Assembly: GCA_001776335.1 (NCBI GenBank)
Contig: MFAZ01000043.1
Span: 3,984 to 67,983, forward strand
From: Candidatus Curtissbacteria bacterium RIFCSPHIGHO2_01_FULL_41_11
GTDB lineage: Bacteria; Patescibacteriota; Microgenomatia; Curtissbacterales; GWA2-41-24
DNA: 64,000 bases
Direction: 5' to 3'
The number at the start of each line of letters is the position of its first letter. Position 1 is the stretch's first letter. Made by a program: the position numbers and the translations under genes. Of the stretch, positions 50,505 to 59,399 are shown in pieces. Below the pieces are notes generated by a model. It had not been told where the DNA came from and did not search any database. It saw nothing but the letters and a program-made list of their open reading frames with translations.

Positions 50505-51322
50505 TTATTCCTCCTAGATAAAATGAAGCGGCTTGATGGTTTGTTTCTGTTTCTGGTTTTCTTGCCCATTGCCGGTTTGCCCCATGGTGTTTTTGGATGC
50601 ATACCTGTTCCGCTTCTTCCTTCTCCCCCACCATGCGGATGTGAACCAGGGTCCATGGCAACGCCCCGCACTTTTGGACGTTTTCCCATGTGACGACTTC
50701 TGCCGGCTTTTCCGATCATAAGATTTTTCCAATCAACGTTACCGATTTGACCGACCGTCGCAAAACAGTTTCCATGAATCTTTCTGGTTTCTTTGGAAGG
50801 CAATTTTATGTGAATATACTTGCCTTCGCGTGCCGCGATAATTGCCCCTGCTCCGGCACTTCTAATTAATTTTGCTCCGGATCCAGGAGTCAGTTCGACG
50901 TTATGTACGACTGTTCCAACCGGCATTTTGGAAAGCGGCAGAGCATTTCCGGGTTTTATTTCTGCACTTTCCCCTGACATAATTTTCTGACCTACTTTCA
51001 AACCTACTGGAGCCAGAATGTATCTCTTTTCGCCGTCTGTGTAATGAAGAAGTGCGACATTGGCACTTCGGTTCGGGTCATATTCTATGGCTGCAACAGT
51101 CGACGGCACGTGTTTGTCTCTTCGGAAATCTACCTGTCTGTAGTTTCTTTTGTGTCCGCCGCCTTTACCCCGGGTTGTAATCCTTCCCCCCGAACGGCCT
51201 GCTGTTTTATTTAACCTGTTAATCAAAGATTTTTCCGGTTTGGTTTTGGTTATATCTCCAAAAACCAAAAATGATTTGAATCTTTGGCCTGGTGTTTCCG
51301 GTCTAATTTGTCTGACTGCCAT
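50501..51322 (-). CDS. rplB: 50S ribosomal protein L2
   Basis: EYDPNRSA, VRGVAM.P..HPHGGGEG, TPWG. Confidence 0.98.
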   Translation of the reverse strand: MAVRQIRPETPGQRFKSFLVFGDITKTKPEKSLINRLNKTAGRSGGRITTRGKGGGHKRNYRQVDFRRDKHVPSTVAAIEYDPNRSANVALLHYTDGEKRYILAPVGLKVGQKIMSGESAEIKPGNALPLSKMPVGTVVHNVELTPGSGAKLIRSAGAGAIIAAREGKYIHIKLPSKETRKIHGNCFATVGQIGNVDWKNLMIGKAGRSRHMGKRPKVRGVAMDPGSHPHGGGEGRSGTGMHPKTPWGKPAMGKKTRNRNKPSSRFILSRRNK

Positions 51323-51324
51323 TT

Positions 51325-51711
51325 TTAACCTTCCTTTCCTTCCGATATAACTTGTACATCTTTATCTTTCATGCTGTTTTTGGTTTTTGGTTCTTTTGCG
51401 GCCTCTCGACTTCGCTTGGGACCTTCGGCAGCTTTGGGCGAAAGAACAGCAATTTTTTGTCCCGGTTTAAGGTAGACAATGGCTTTTTTACCACCGCCGA
51501 CTTCTGTTTCTTTCCTTGTTTTTGCAATTCTTTTTGTCTTTGTGGCCCGGCTTAAAACATTTACTTTTTTAATGTCTACCGAAAACTGGTTTTTGACTGC
51601 TTTTGCGATTTGTTTTTTCGTTGCCCTCTCATCCACCAAAAACGTGTAAAGACCTCTTTCCATCAGTCTGTATGCTTTTTCAGAAAGAATAGTTTTTTTT
51701 ATGATATCCAT
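51325..51711 (-). CDS. rplW: 50S ribosomal protein L23 with C-terminal extension
   Basis: SEKA, YTF.V...ATK, KKA.V.L. Confidence 0.95.
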   Translation of the reverse strand: MDIIKKTILSEKAYRLMERGLYTFLVDERATKKQIAKAVKNQFSVDIKKVNVLSRATKTKRIAKTRKETEVGGGKKAIVYLKPGQKIAVLSPKAAEGPKRSREAAKEPKTKNSMKDKDVQVISEGKEG

Positions 51712-52466
51712 TTGCCAAGTGCCTCCTTTGAAATTAATAGATTGTTATTTTGTAATACTTGATACGCATTGATGTTTGATACTGGTTCTACTGTAAGTGA
51801 TTGTATGTTTCTGGTTGCCAACTTCACGTTGTCATTTTTTGAAGAAATTATAAGAAGCGTGTTTTTTTGAGCATTTAATTTTTTGAGAAGGTTGGCAACT
51901 GGTTTTGTTTTTGTAGAAATTTTTTCGAGGTTTGAGATAATATTTATGTCTCCATCTTTGGCTTTTTGTGATAGAGCATGAATTAATGCCTTGCGTCGCA
52001 TTTTTTGTGGCAGAGTAAGTTTTGCTTCTCGATATCTTGGACCAAATGTAGTTCCTCCACCGACCCAAAGGGGTGATCTTATGGATCCGGCGCGGGCATT
52101 ACCTGTTCCTTTTTGGCGCCAAGGTTTTTTGCCGCCGCCGCGGACTTCACCGCGGGTTTTGGTGTGGGCGGTATTTTTAATACTTTTTGTTTTGTAAACT
52201 CTTATCGCAGTAGCTAAAAGTTGTTTATTTGTTGTTTGTCCAAAAATTTCTTTAGGTAAGACAACTGTACCGACGCTTTTTCCGGACATATCAAAAACCT
52301 TAGCTGTTAGACCAGTTGGTTTTGTTTCTGTTTTAACAACGGGTTTTGTTATTGGTCGTTGGGATTGCTTCGCATCCGCTCGCAATGACTTTGACGTCAC
52401 GATTGATTTTTCTTTCGTTACTTTTGATGCCTTTGATACTTGCGATACTCTTACTTTATCTGCCAT
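51699..52466 (-). CDS. rplD: 50S ribosomal protein L4 with N-terminal extension
   Basis: [35 protein letters not shown]. Confidence 0.97.
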   Translation of the reverse strand: MADKVRVSQVSKASKVTKEKSIVTSKSLRADAKQSQRPITKPVVKTETKPTGLTAKVFDMSGKSVGTVVLPKEIFGQTTNKQLLATAIRVYKTKSIKNTAHTKTRGEVRGGGKKPWRQKGTGNARAGSIRSPLWVGGGTTFGPRYREAKLTLPQKMRRKALIHALSQKAKDGDINIISNLEKISTKTKPVANLLKKLNAQKNTLLIISSKNDNVKLATRNIQSLTVEPVSNINAYQVLQNNNLLISKEALGKWIS

Positions 52467-52474
52467 TTATTTTT

Positions 52475-52566
52475 TACTTTAAGGGCAAACCTCTACGGTT
52501 TTCCCTTAATATTCCCTTTCCCTTAAAGGACAAAATTTCACTAGCAAAGCTAGATGAAATTTTGGT
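52475..52566 (-). repeat. Structured element E2 (rplC-rplD)
   Basis: CAAAATTTCATCTAGC-TTT-GCTAGTGAAATTTTG ... GGAAAGGGAATA-TTAAGGGAAAACC-GTAGA-GGTTTGCCCTTAA-AGTA. Confidence 0.9.
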
Positions 52567-52575
52567 TTAAGAATT

Positions 52576-53319
52576 TTATTTAGAAACCTCCTTTGTTTGT
52601 TTTTCTTCTTTCTTTTCTTCTTTTGGCTCCTCTGGCTCTTTTGGCTCTTCTGATCCCTTTGTCTCTAGTTTTTCCTCTTCATCTTCTTTAGGTTTTTCTT
52701 CCGGTGGTGCTACATATTTTTTGACCTTTCCTGTTTTTTCGATCATCAAATATCCATTTCTAAATCCCGGAACTGCACCTTTTATGACTAGCATGTTTTC
52801 TGCAGGATTTACTTCTATTACTTCCAAGCCTGTAACTGTAATTTTTTCATTGCCCTGGTGCCCCGCCATATGCTTGCCTTTATAGACTCTTCCCGGTGTT
52901 GTGCCCTGACCAATTGATCCCGGTGCTCTGTGCCTGTCTGATTGTCCGTGTGTTTTTGGCCCCCCGTGAAATCCCCACCTTTTGACTCCACCTGTGAAAC
53001 CGTGACCTTTTGTTATGCCTGTAATTTTTACTGCGTCTTGGTTTGCGAAGATGGCAACTGTGATTTTGTCGCCTATTTTTACCTGTCCATCTGTTTTAAC
53101 TTCCCTGACAAATCTTGGCGCTACTCCAACTTTGTTGACGAAATCATTTTGGGGTTTTTTGACTTTCTTTCTTGCTCCAAGCCCCAAAACTGCGTGGTCA
53201 CCTTTAATGTCGACGACGACATTTGGTTCGGCTTTTATGACCGTGACAGGAACCCGATGTCCCCGCAGGTTGTATCGGGCTTCCATATTTCCTTTGATTC
53301 CTAAAATTGTGTTTAACAT
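52576..53319 (-). CDS. rplC: 50S ribosomal protein L3
   Basis: PVTVI, KG.GF.G..KR.GF, HR.PGSIG, M.G..G, GA.PG. Confidence 0.97.
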   Translation of the reverse strand: MLNTILGIKGNMEARYNLRGHRVPVTVIKAEPNVVVDIKGDHAVLGLGARKKVKKPQNDFVNKVGVAPRFVREVKTDGQVKIGDKITVAIFANQDAVKITGITKGHGFTGGVKRWGFHGGPKTHGQSDRHRAPGSIGQGTTPGRVYKGKHMAGHQGNEKITVTGLEVIEVNPAENMLVIKGAVPGFRNGYLMIEKTGKVKKYVAPPEEKPKEDEEEKLETKGSEEPKEPEEPKEEKKEEKQTKEVSK

Positions 53320-53399
53320 TGTCGTTTAAGTACTAAAAATCGGAGACCCTTGAGATTATTCCTTCGCTTGGCTTGGGATTTTCAGGAGTCTCTCTTTAG

Positions 53400-53523
53400 T
53401 AAATTTCTAATTTCTAATTATTCTAATTTCTAATAATCCCGTTTTCTACGAAAAACAAATCCCAATTTTTTAATTTCTAAATTTATTTAGGTCAATTAGG
53501 TTAATTAGAGCAATTAGAAATTA
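53400..53523. repeat. Degenerate heptamer arrays (TTTCTAA / AATTAG) in inverted arrangement
   Basis: aaatttctaatttctaattattctaatttctaa ... caattaggttaattagagcaattagaaatta. Confidence 0.75.
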
Positions 53524-53525
53524 CT

Positions 53526-53834
53526 CTACATCTTCAGTTCAATATCTACGCCGGCCGGTAGTTCGAGATGAGTTAATGAATCTATGGTTTTGTTTGTCGG
53601 TTCAATAATATCGATTAGCCTTTTGTGCGTTCTCATCTCAAATTGTTCGCGTGCATCTTTATCTGTGTGGGGTGACGTTAACACCGTAAATTTCTGAATT
53701 CTTGTTGGCAGGGGAATCGGACCCGAGATTTTGGCACCTGTCGAAAGGCCGGTGTTTATGATATCCCGACACGCAGCGTCAATGACTCTGCCGTCGTATG
53801 CTTTTAGTTTGACTCGAATTCTACCTTTAGGCAT
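53526..53834 (-). CDS. rpsJ: 30S ribosomal protein S10
   Basis: [31 protein letters not shown]. Confidence 0.98.
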   Translation of the reverse strand: MPKGRIRVKLKAYDGRVIDAACRDIINTGLSTGAKISGPIPLPTRIQKFTVLTSPHTDKDAREQFEMRTHKRLIDIIEPTNKTIDSLTHLELPAGVDIELKM

Positions 53835-54020
53835 TTTCTTTTAATGTGCTTTTTCCGAGAAAGAAAACGAGTCGAGAGGAAATTACTTATTACTTTAAGC
53901 GGTTAGACTTGAAGTTAAATATGGTTAATTTCATATTCAGCAGTGTCCTCGACTATTCGCTCTCTCAAATAGATTTGCAATTGAGTTCGCTTCGCTCACG
54001 TAATTTTGCAAATTTGCAAA

Positions 54021-54050
54021 ATTATAGCAAAAAAAATCCTCCTTCGGCAA
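54021..54050 (-). promoter_or_regulatory. Probable S10-operon promoter
   Basis: TTGCCG-N18-TATAAT with extended TG. The -35 box lies inside the REP-like repeat at 54041-54058. Confidence 0.6.
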
Positions 54051-54095
54051 GCTCAGGATAAACCCTTGCCAAAAAAGGAGTCATTGCCTTGCCGT

Positions 54096-55277
54096 TTACG
54101 CAATAATCTTAGAGACGACGCCCGCACCTACGGTGTGGCCGCCTTCTCTAATTGCAAATCTAAGTCCCTCTTCCATCGCAACCGGCGCAATTAGTTTTAC
54201 TTTCATTTTGATATTGTCACCAGGCATGACCATTTCGGTCCCTTCCGGCAGGGTTGCTTCTCCTGTAACGTCTGTGGTTCTGATGTAAAACTGTGGTCTG
54301 TAACCGGTAAAAAATGGTGTATGTCTACCGCCCTCTTCTTTAGTCAGAATGTAGACTTCGGCTTCGAATTCTGTGTGGGGGGTGGCTGTTGCGGTTTTGG
54401 CAAGAACTTGTCCTCGTTCAACGTCGTCTTTTTCGATACCTCGAAGAAGTACTCCAACGTTGTCTCCGGCCTGACCCTGGTCAAGTTCTTTTCGAAACAT
54501 TTCAACACCGGTGACAACTGTCTTTTTGGTAGGTCTGATTCCGACAATTTCGATTTCGTCATTAACTTTGACAACTCCCCGTTCGACTCTTCCGGTTACA
54601 ACTGTACCTCTGCCTTTAATTGAAAAGACGTCTTCAACCGGCATAATAAAGGGTTTGTCAAGATCGCGAACCGGAGTTGGGATTTTTTCATCTACAGCTG
54701 CCATTAAATCTTCGATTGCTTTTACTGACTGGGCATCTCCTTCGAGAGCTTTTTTAGCAGATCCACGAATGATGGTGGCCCCTTTACCGTCGTATTCATA
54801 TTTGTCAAGAAGTTCACGGACTTCGAGTTCAACCAGATCCAGAAGTTCGGCATCCTGAACCATGTCGACCTTATTTAAGAAAACGACAATTGCAGGTACG
54901 TTAACCTGACGAGCCAGAAGAACGTGTTCTCTTGTTTGAGGCATTGGGCCGTCCGGTGCGGAAACAACAAGAATAGCGCCGTCCATTTGAGCGGCACCTG
55001 TAATCATGTTTTTGATGTAATCGGCATGACCCGGAGCATCGATGTGGGCATAATGTCTTTTTTCTGTTTCATATTCGACGTGAGTGATGTTGATGGTTAT
55101 TCCACGCTGTTTTTCTTCCGGAGCATTGTCGATTTGGTCATAGGCTTTTTCCTGCGCCATACCTTTTCCGGCCAAAACCTTGGTGATGGCTGCAGTGAGC
55201 GTGGTTTTACCATGGTCGACGTGACCAATGGTTCCGATATTTACGTGTGGTTTTGTTCGTTGATACTTTTCAGCCAT
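54096..55277 (-). CDS. tuf: Elongation factor Tu
   Basis: [21 protein letters not shown]; ATG at 55277. Confidence 0.98.
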   Translation of the reverse strand: MAEKYQRTKPHVNIGTIGHVDHGKTTLTAAITKVLAGKGMAQEKAYDQIDNAPEEKQRGITINITHVEYETEKRHYAHIDAPGHADYIKNMITGAAQMDGAILVVSAPDGPMPQTREHVLLARQVNVPAIVVFLNKVDMVQDAELLDLVELEVRELLDKYEYDGKGATIIRGSAKKALEGDAQSVKAIEDLMAAVDEKIPTPVRDLDKPFIMPVEDVFSIKGRGTVVTGRVERGVVKVNDEIEIVGIRPTKKTVVTGVEMFRKELDQGQAGDNVGVLLRGIEKDDVERGQVLAKTATATPHTEFEAEVYILTKEEGGRHTPFFTGYRPQFYIRTTDVTGEATLPEGTEMVMPGDNIKMKVKLIAPVAMEEGLRFAIREGGHTVGAGVVSKIIA

Positions 55278-55481
55278 GTCATCAAAATAAATGAATACCA
55301 ATCAAGCCAAGATGTTACACTTGGCAGGCTGATATTCAGTTTGTGTAGTTTATACTATTTCTACAGGCTAGTGCAAGAGGCGAAAAAGTATTCAATATTT
55401 TCGGGGTAAAAGGGAAGTTAAAAGGAGATCCTTCGTCTCACTCAGGATGACAAATTGAATTTCTCAATTGTATTCAGTTTG

Positions 55482-55529
55482 TCAACTTTCCTTTGTTTCG
55501 CCTTTTTGTTTGGCAACGATTTTATCGGC
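55482..55529 (-). pseudogene. Relic diverged copy of the fusA 3' end
   Basis: ADKIVAKQKGETKES* versus live ADKIVAKTKGETKES*; abuts REP-like CCCTTCACTACGTTCAGGGT (55529-55548). Confidence 0.9.
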
Positions 55530-55572
55530 CCTTCACTACGTTCAGGGTAAACTCTAATAAACTTTTGACTGA

Positions 55573-57708
55573 CTAACTCTCTTTGGTTTCACCTTTCGTT
55601 TTGGCCACAATTTTATCTGCAATATTGCCCGGGACTTCTTCGTAATGGGACGGTTCCATATAAGCAGACCCACGACCTTGAGTAATCGAGCGCAGAGTGG
55701 TGACGTAACCGGACATTTCGGAAAGCGGAACAAGCGCTTTGACGATGACGGCATTGCCATGATGGGAAGAATCTAGAATTTGGGCACGTTTTGAGGAAAG
55801 ATCGCCTATGACATCTCCCATAAATTCTTCGGGGATTGTGACTTCAATATTCATTATCGGTTCCAAAAGAATCATATTGGCTTTTTTGGCTGCAGCTTCA
55901 AAAGCCATGGATCCTGCTATTTTGAAAGCGATATCGGAAGAGTCGACATCGTGATAGCTGCCGTCGTAGACTGCGACTTTCATGTCCACCATCGGATAAC
56001 CTGCCAAAACTCCAATTTCCATTTTTTCTTTGACACCTTTTTCGATAGACGGAATAAACTCCTGAGGAATTCGGCCTCCTTTGATTTCGGAAACATATTG
56101 GAAACCCTCTCCGCGGCCGAGCGGTTCAACCCGAAGGAGACAGTGACCATATTGACCATGACCCCCGGTTTGCCTGATGTATTTTCCTTCTCCTTCTGCG
56201 ATTTGTTTAATAGTCTCGCGGTAAGCAACTTGAGGACTACCGACATTTGCCGAAACCTGAAATTCCCGCTTCATTCTGTCTACTAATATTTCAAGATGGA
56301 GTTCGCCCATCCCTGAAATAATTGTTTGGCCGGTTTCCGGGTCACCTTTAATTCTGAAGGTGGGATCTTCCTCGGATAGTCTTCCGAGAGCATAACCCAG
56401 TTTTTCCTGGTCTGCTTTGGTTTGCGGTTCTATCGCCAAAGAAATGACCGGTTCGGGAAACGAAATTGATTCAAGGACGATGGGTGCTTGCGGGTCGCTA
56501 AGTGTATCTCCTGTTCCGGTATTTTTAAGACCGACAACTGCTATAATTTCCCCCGCATAAGCTTCCTGGATTTCTTCACGTTTGTCGGCGTGCATCAAGA
56601 GGAGCCTGCCGATTCTTTCAGAATCGTGTTTGCTGGAATTTGCAACTGCGCTACCTGACTTTAAAGTCCCGGAGTAAATACGAACATAGGTGAGTTTCCC
56701 AACGTGAGGATCAACCTGGATTTTAAATGCAAGGCCTGCAAAAGGCGCTTCTACTGTCTGTTTTCTGACTTCTTTTTCGCCGGATTTTGGGTTAGTACCT
56801 TCAATTTCTGCTTTGTCCATTGGAGACGGAAGGTAGTCAACAACTGCGTCCAAAAGTGGTTGAACTCCTTTGTTTCTTAAACTTGATCCGGCCATAACAG
56901 GCACGATTTTATATTCGATTACCGATTTTCTAAGAGCCGCTTTTAGATCGTTTACGTCTAATTCTTCACCTGCCAGATATTTCTCAAGCAGCACATCGTC
57001 TGCTTCTGCAATCTTTTCGACAAGTTCGTGGCGGTATTTTTCCATGTCTGCCTTGGCACCCTCTGGAATTGGGACTTCAGAATACTTCATGCCGGTTTTG
57101 TCTGTTTCATCCCAGACATAGGCTTTTCTTGTAAGAAGATCGATCACGCCTTTAAAATCATTTTCCTTTCCAAGCGGTATGTTGTAGGGATAAGCCGGTG
57201 CTCCAAGTTTGTTTCTGATTGATTCTAATGTCGCAAAGTAATCTGCACCAAGTTTGTCCATTTTATTTACGAAACAGATTCGGGGGACTTTATATTTGTC
57301 AGCCTGGCGCCAAACTGTTTCTGATTGAGATTGAACTCCTTCTTCGGCATCGAGAACTGTTACACCACCGTCTAAAACGCGGAGTGATCTTTCGACTTCT
57401 GCCGTAAAATCTACGTGGCCCGGGGTGTCAATGATGTTAATTCTAGCTTCAATATCTTTGTGGGGACCGTCTTTTGGAGTCCAAAATGCCGTAACTGCGG
57501 CGGAAACGATTGTAATTCCACGTTCTTTTTCCTGAGCCATCCAGTCGGTAACTGTTGTTCCCTCGTCGATATTACCGAGTTTATATGACTTACCCGTGTA
57601 ATAAAGAATCCGCTCCGTTGTCGTTGTTTTACCCGCGTCAATGTGGGCAATAATGCCTATATTTCGGATACGGTCAAGTGGATATGATCTGTCTTTTGCG
57701 TCGGCCAT
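55573..57708 (-). CDS. fusA: Elongation factor G
   Basis: AHIDAGKTT, DTPGHVDF, NKMD, GMGELHL, YHDVDSS. Confidence 0.98.
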   Translation of the reverse strand: MADAKDRSYPLDRIRNIGIIAHIDAGKTTTTERILYYTGKSYKLGNIDEGTTVTDWMAQEKERGITIVSAAVTAFWTPKDGPHKDIEARINIIDTPGHVDFTAEVERSLRVLDGGVTVLDAEEGVQSQSETVWRQADKYKVPRICFVNKMDKLGADYFATLESIRNKLGAPAYPYNIPLGKENDFKGVIDLLTRKAYVWDETDKTGMKYSEVPIPEGAKADMEKYRHELVEKIAEADDVLLEKYLAGEELDVNDLKAALRKSVIEYKIVPVMAGSSLRNKGVQPLLDAVVDYLPSPMDKAEIEGTNPKSGEKEVRKQTVEAPFAGLAFKIQVDPHVGKLTYVRIYSGTLKSGSAVANSSKHDSERIGRLLLMHADKREEIQEAYAGEIIAVVGLKNTGTGDTLSDPQAPIVLESISFPEPVISLAIEPQTKADQEKLGYALGRLSEEDPTFRIKGDPETGQTIISGMGELHLEILVDRMKREFQVSANVGSPQVAYRETIKQIAEGEGKYIRQTGGHGQYGHCLLRVEPLGRGEGFQYVSEIKGGRIPQEFIPSIEKGVKEKMEIGVLAGYPMVDMKVAVYDGSYHDVDSSDIAFKIAGSMAFEAAAKKANMILLEPIMNIEVTIPEEFMGDVIGDLSSKRAQILDSSHHGNAVIVKALVPLSEMSGYVTTLRSITQGRGSAYMEPSHYEEVPGNIADKIVAKTKGETKES

Positions 57709-57714
57709 AGTAAA

Positions 57715-57975
57715 TTATTTGGAAATTTTGTCTGAGGAGACTTGTGCGCCTAGTGGGTGTTCCAGATTTCGAATTTCTTTTTTGACTTCCGCAACCATTG
57801 CACGCAGAACAGAAACTTCTTCGTCTGCAAGTTCCCAGGCTGCATTTTCATTCCAGGCTGCGCCGGACTCCTGGAATGCGTCGCCATATTTGGCCAGAGC
57901 ATCCTTGAGCTTAACATTTTCAAGCTCGTCGAGCCTTTTTCTCAGATCTTTTATTTTTTGTGTTTTAGTTTGCAT
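57715..57975 (-). CDS. Stand-alone GreA N-terminal-like coiled-coil protein
   Basis: 86 aa; GAAWNENAAWELADEE aligns by eye with the GreA tip GDLKENAEYHAAREQ; no C-terminal domain. Confidence 0.6.
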   Translation of the reverse strand: MQTKTQKIKDLRKRLDELENVKLKDALAKYGDAFQESGAAWNENAAWELADEEVSVLRAMVAEVKKEIRNLEHPLGAQVSSDKISK

Positions 57976-58123
57976 TTCGTCAGTTCCTTCCTCAATGTAA
58001 ACATGCTTTGGTTAACAAATTTCATTTAAGCAGAAACTAGTCATCTTATACAAGGATTGACTTTATCCATTACTAAGCGGAAAAGCTTAATTCACCTGGC
58101 TAGAGGTATTAGGATAAGCGGGA

Positions 58124-58152
58124 ATTATATCAGTGAACGTCTTTTTAAGCAA
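58124..58152 (-). promoter_or_regulatory. Internal sigma70 promoter immediately after the rpsG stop
   Basis: TTGCTT-N17-TATAAT with extended TG. Confidence 0.7.
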
Positions 58153-58155
58153 GAA

Positions 58156-58650
58156 TTACCACCTAAAGTGGGCAAACGCCTTATTCGCTTCGGCTGCGCG
58201 GTGCATTTCGTCGCGCTTTGCAACAGCTTTGCCCGTTCCTTGTGCTGCCTCTAGAATTTCTGCTGCCAGTTTTGCCGCGATTGGTGGAAGGTTTTTGATC
58301 TTTTCGACTTCCTTGGGCGAGCGGCTTCTGGCTGAAATTACCAACCAGGTAAGAGCCAGGGATTGCCTCCTGGGACCTCGAACTTCCATGGGCACCATGT
58401 AGGAAGCACCGCCGACACGCCTTGGTCTGACTTCCATTTTTGGTGTTACATTTTCCAGGGCTTTTTCGAAGGTAGTTTGCGGGTTTTGGCCTTTGCCTTC
58501 AATATATTCGAATGCGCCGTAGACTGCCTTTTGGGCAATACTTTTTTTACCGTGCATCATGATTTTATTTACAAGCTTTGCAACGGTGGGATTCTGGTAG
58601 ATGGGATCCGCTTCAATTTTTCTTTTTATGATTTTTCCTGCTCTTGGCAT
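58156..58650 (-). CDS. rpsG: 30S ribosomal protein S7
   Basis: M..GKKS.A, P..EV..RRVGGA.Y.VP, H..AEANKAFAHFRW. Confidence 0.98.
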   Translation of the reverse strand: MPRAGKIIKRKIEADPIYQNPTVAKLVNKIMMHGKKSIAQKAVYGAFEYIEGKGQNPQTTFEKALENVTPKMEVRPRRVGGASYMVPMEVRGPRRQSLALTWLVISARSRSPKEVEKIKNLPPIAAKLAAEILEAAQGTGKAVAKRDEMHRAAEANKAFAHFRW

Positions 58651-58654
58651 GTTT

Positions 58655-58768
58655 TTACTTTAAGGGACAACCTCTACGGTTTTCCCTTAATATTCCCTTT
58701 CCCTTGAAGGACAAAATTACACTGGCTGAGCCAGATATAATTTTGGATTGTAAAATAAATTTATTCAT
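58655..58768 (-). repeat. Structured element E1 (rpsL-rpsG) spanned by a 37-aa mini-ORF
   Basis: 58655-58703 is identical to 59261-59309. The [40 protein letters not shown] starts 2 nt after the rpsL stop and ends 4 nt before the rpsG ATG. Confidence 0.9.
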
Positions 58769-58770
58769 AT

Positions 58771-59256
58771 TTATTCTGTTGGTGCTGTAGGCTGAGATGC
58801 AGCTGCCTGGGCACCAACTGTTGCTGCTGCCTGGGCTCCTGTTGTAGCACCAGATTTCTTGGTTCCGTAAAGTGATCTTCCCTGTTTTCTATTTGAAACA
58901 CCTGTTGTGTCAAATTTGCCCCGAATTATGTGATATTTTACTCCGGGTAAATCTTTAACTCTTCCACCTCTTATTAAAACAACAGAGTGTTCTGCCAATT
59001 CGTGTCCGATACCGGGAATGTATGCTGTTATTTCCTGTCTGTTGGAGAGCCTGACGCGGGCCACTTTTCTGAGCGCAGAATTCGGTTTTCTGGGTGTCAT
59101 GGTTTTAACGATTATGCATACACCGCGCTTTTGACCGGAAGGATAACTTACATACCGGTTCGTTCGCGAGTTATAAGCACGCCTTAGACCGGTTAAACCA
59201 ATTCTTTTGATTTTTGCTTTTCTTCCTTTTCGAATTAACTGATTGACTGTTGGCAT
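58771..59256 (-). CDS. rpsL: 30S ribosomal protein S12
   Basis: [31 protein letters not shown]. Confidence 0.98.
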   Translation of the reverse strand: MPTVNQLIRKGRKAKIKRIGLTGLRRAYNSRTNRYVSYPSGQKRGVCIIVKTMTPRKPNSALRKVARVRLSNRQEITAYIPGIGHELAEHSVVLIRGGRVKDLPGVKYHIIRGKFDTTGVSNRKQGRSLYGTKKSGATTGAQAAATVGAQAAASQPTAPTE

Positions 59257-59260
59257 ATCG

Positions 59261-59369
59261 TTACTTTAAGGGACAACCTCTACGGTTTTCCCTTAATATT
59301 CCCTTTCCCCAATGGTAAATTTAAACTAGCAAAGCTAGATTTAAATTTGATTTTAATTGAGGATGACAT
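59261..59369 (-). repeat. Structured element E3 (rpoC-rpsL) with 29-aa mini-ORF 59280-59369
   Basis: AAATTTAAATCTAGC-TTT-GCTAGTTTAAATTT ... GGAAAGGGAATA-hairpin-AGTA. Confidence 0.9.
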
Positions 59370-59399
59370 TTTAAGTTTTTACCGGGTAAATTTCAATGT

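Noticed and set aside
54041-54095. Relic 3' end after tuf, as at fusA and comM
   Set aside because: A REP is present, but the sequence following it does not encode a tuf-like tail.
57976-58070. Chain of 9-24 codon ORFs in the leader upstream of the GreA-like gene
   Set aside because: Too short, with no clean junction to the downstream start; compatible with chance.
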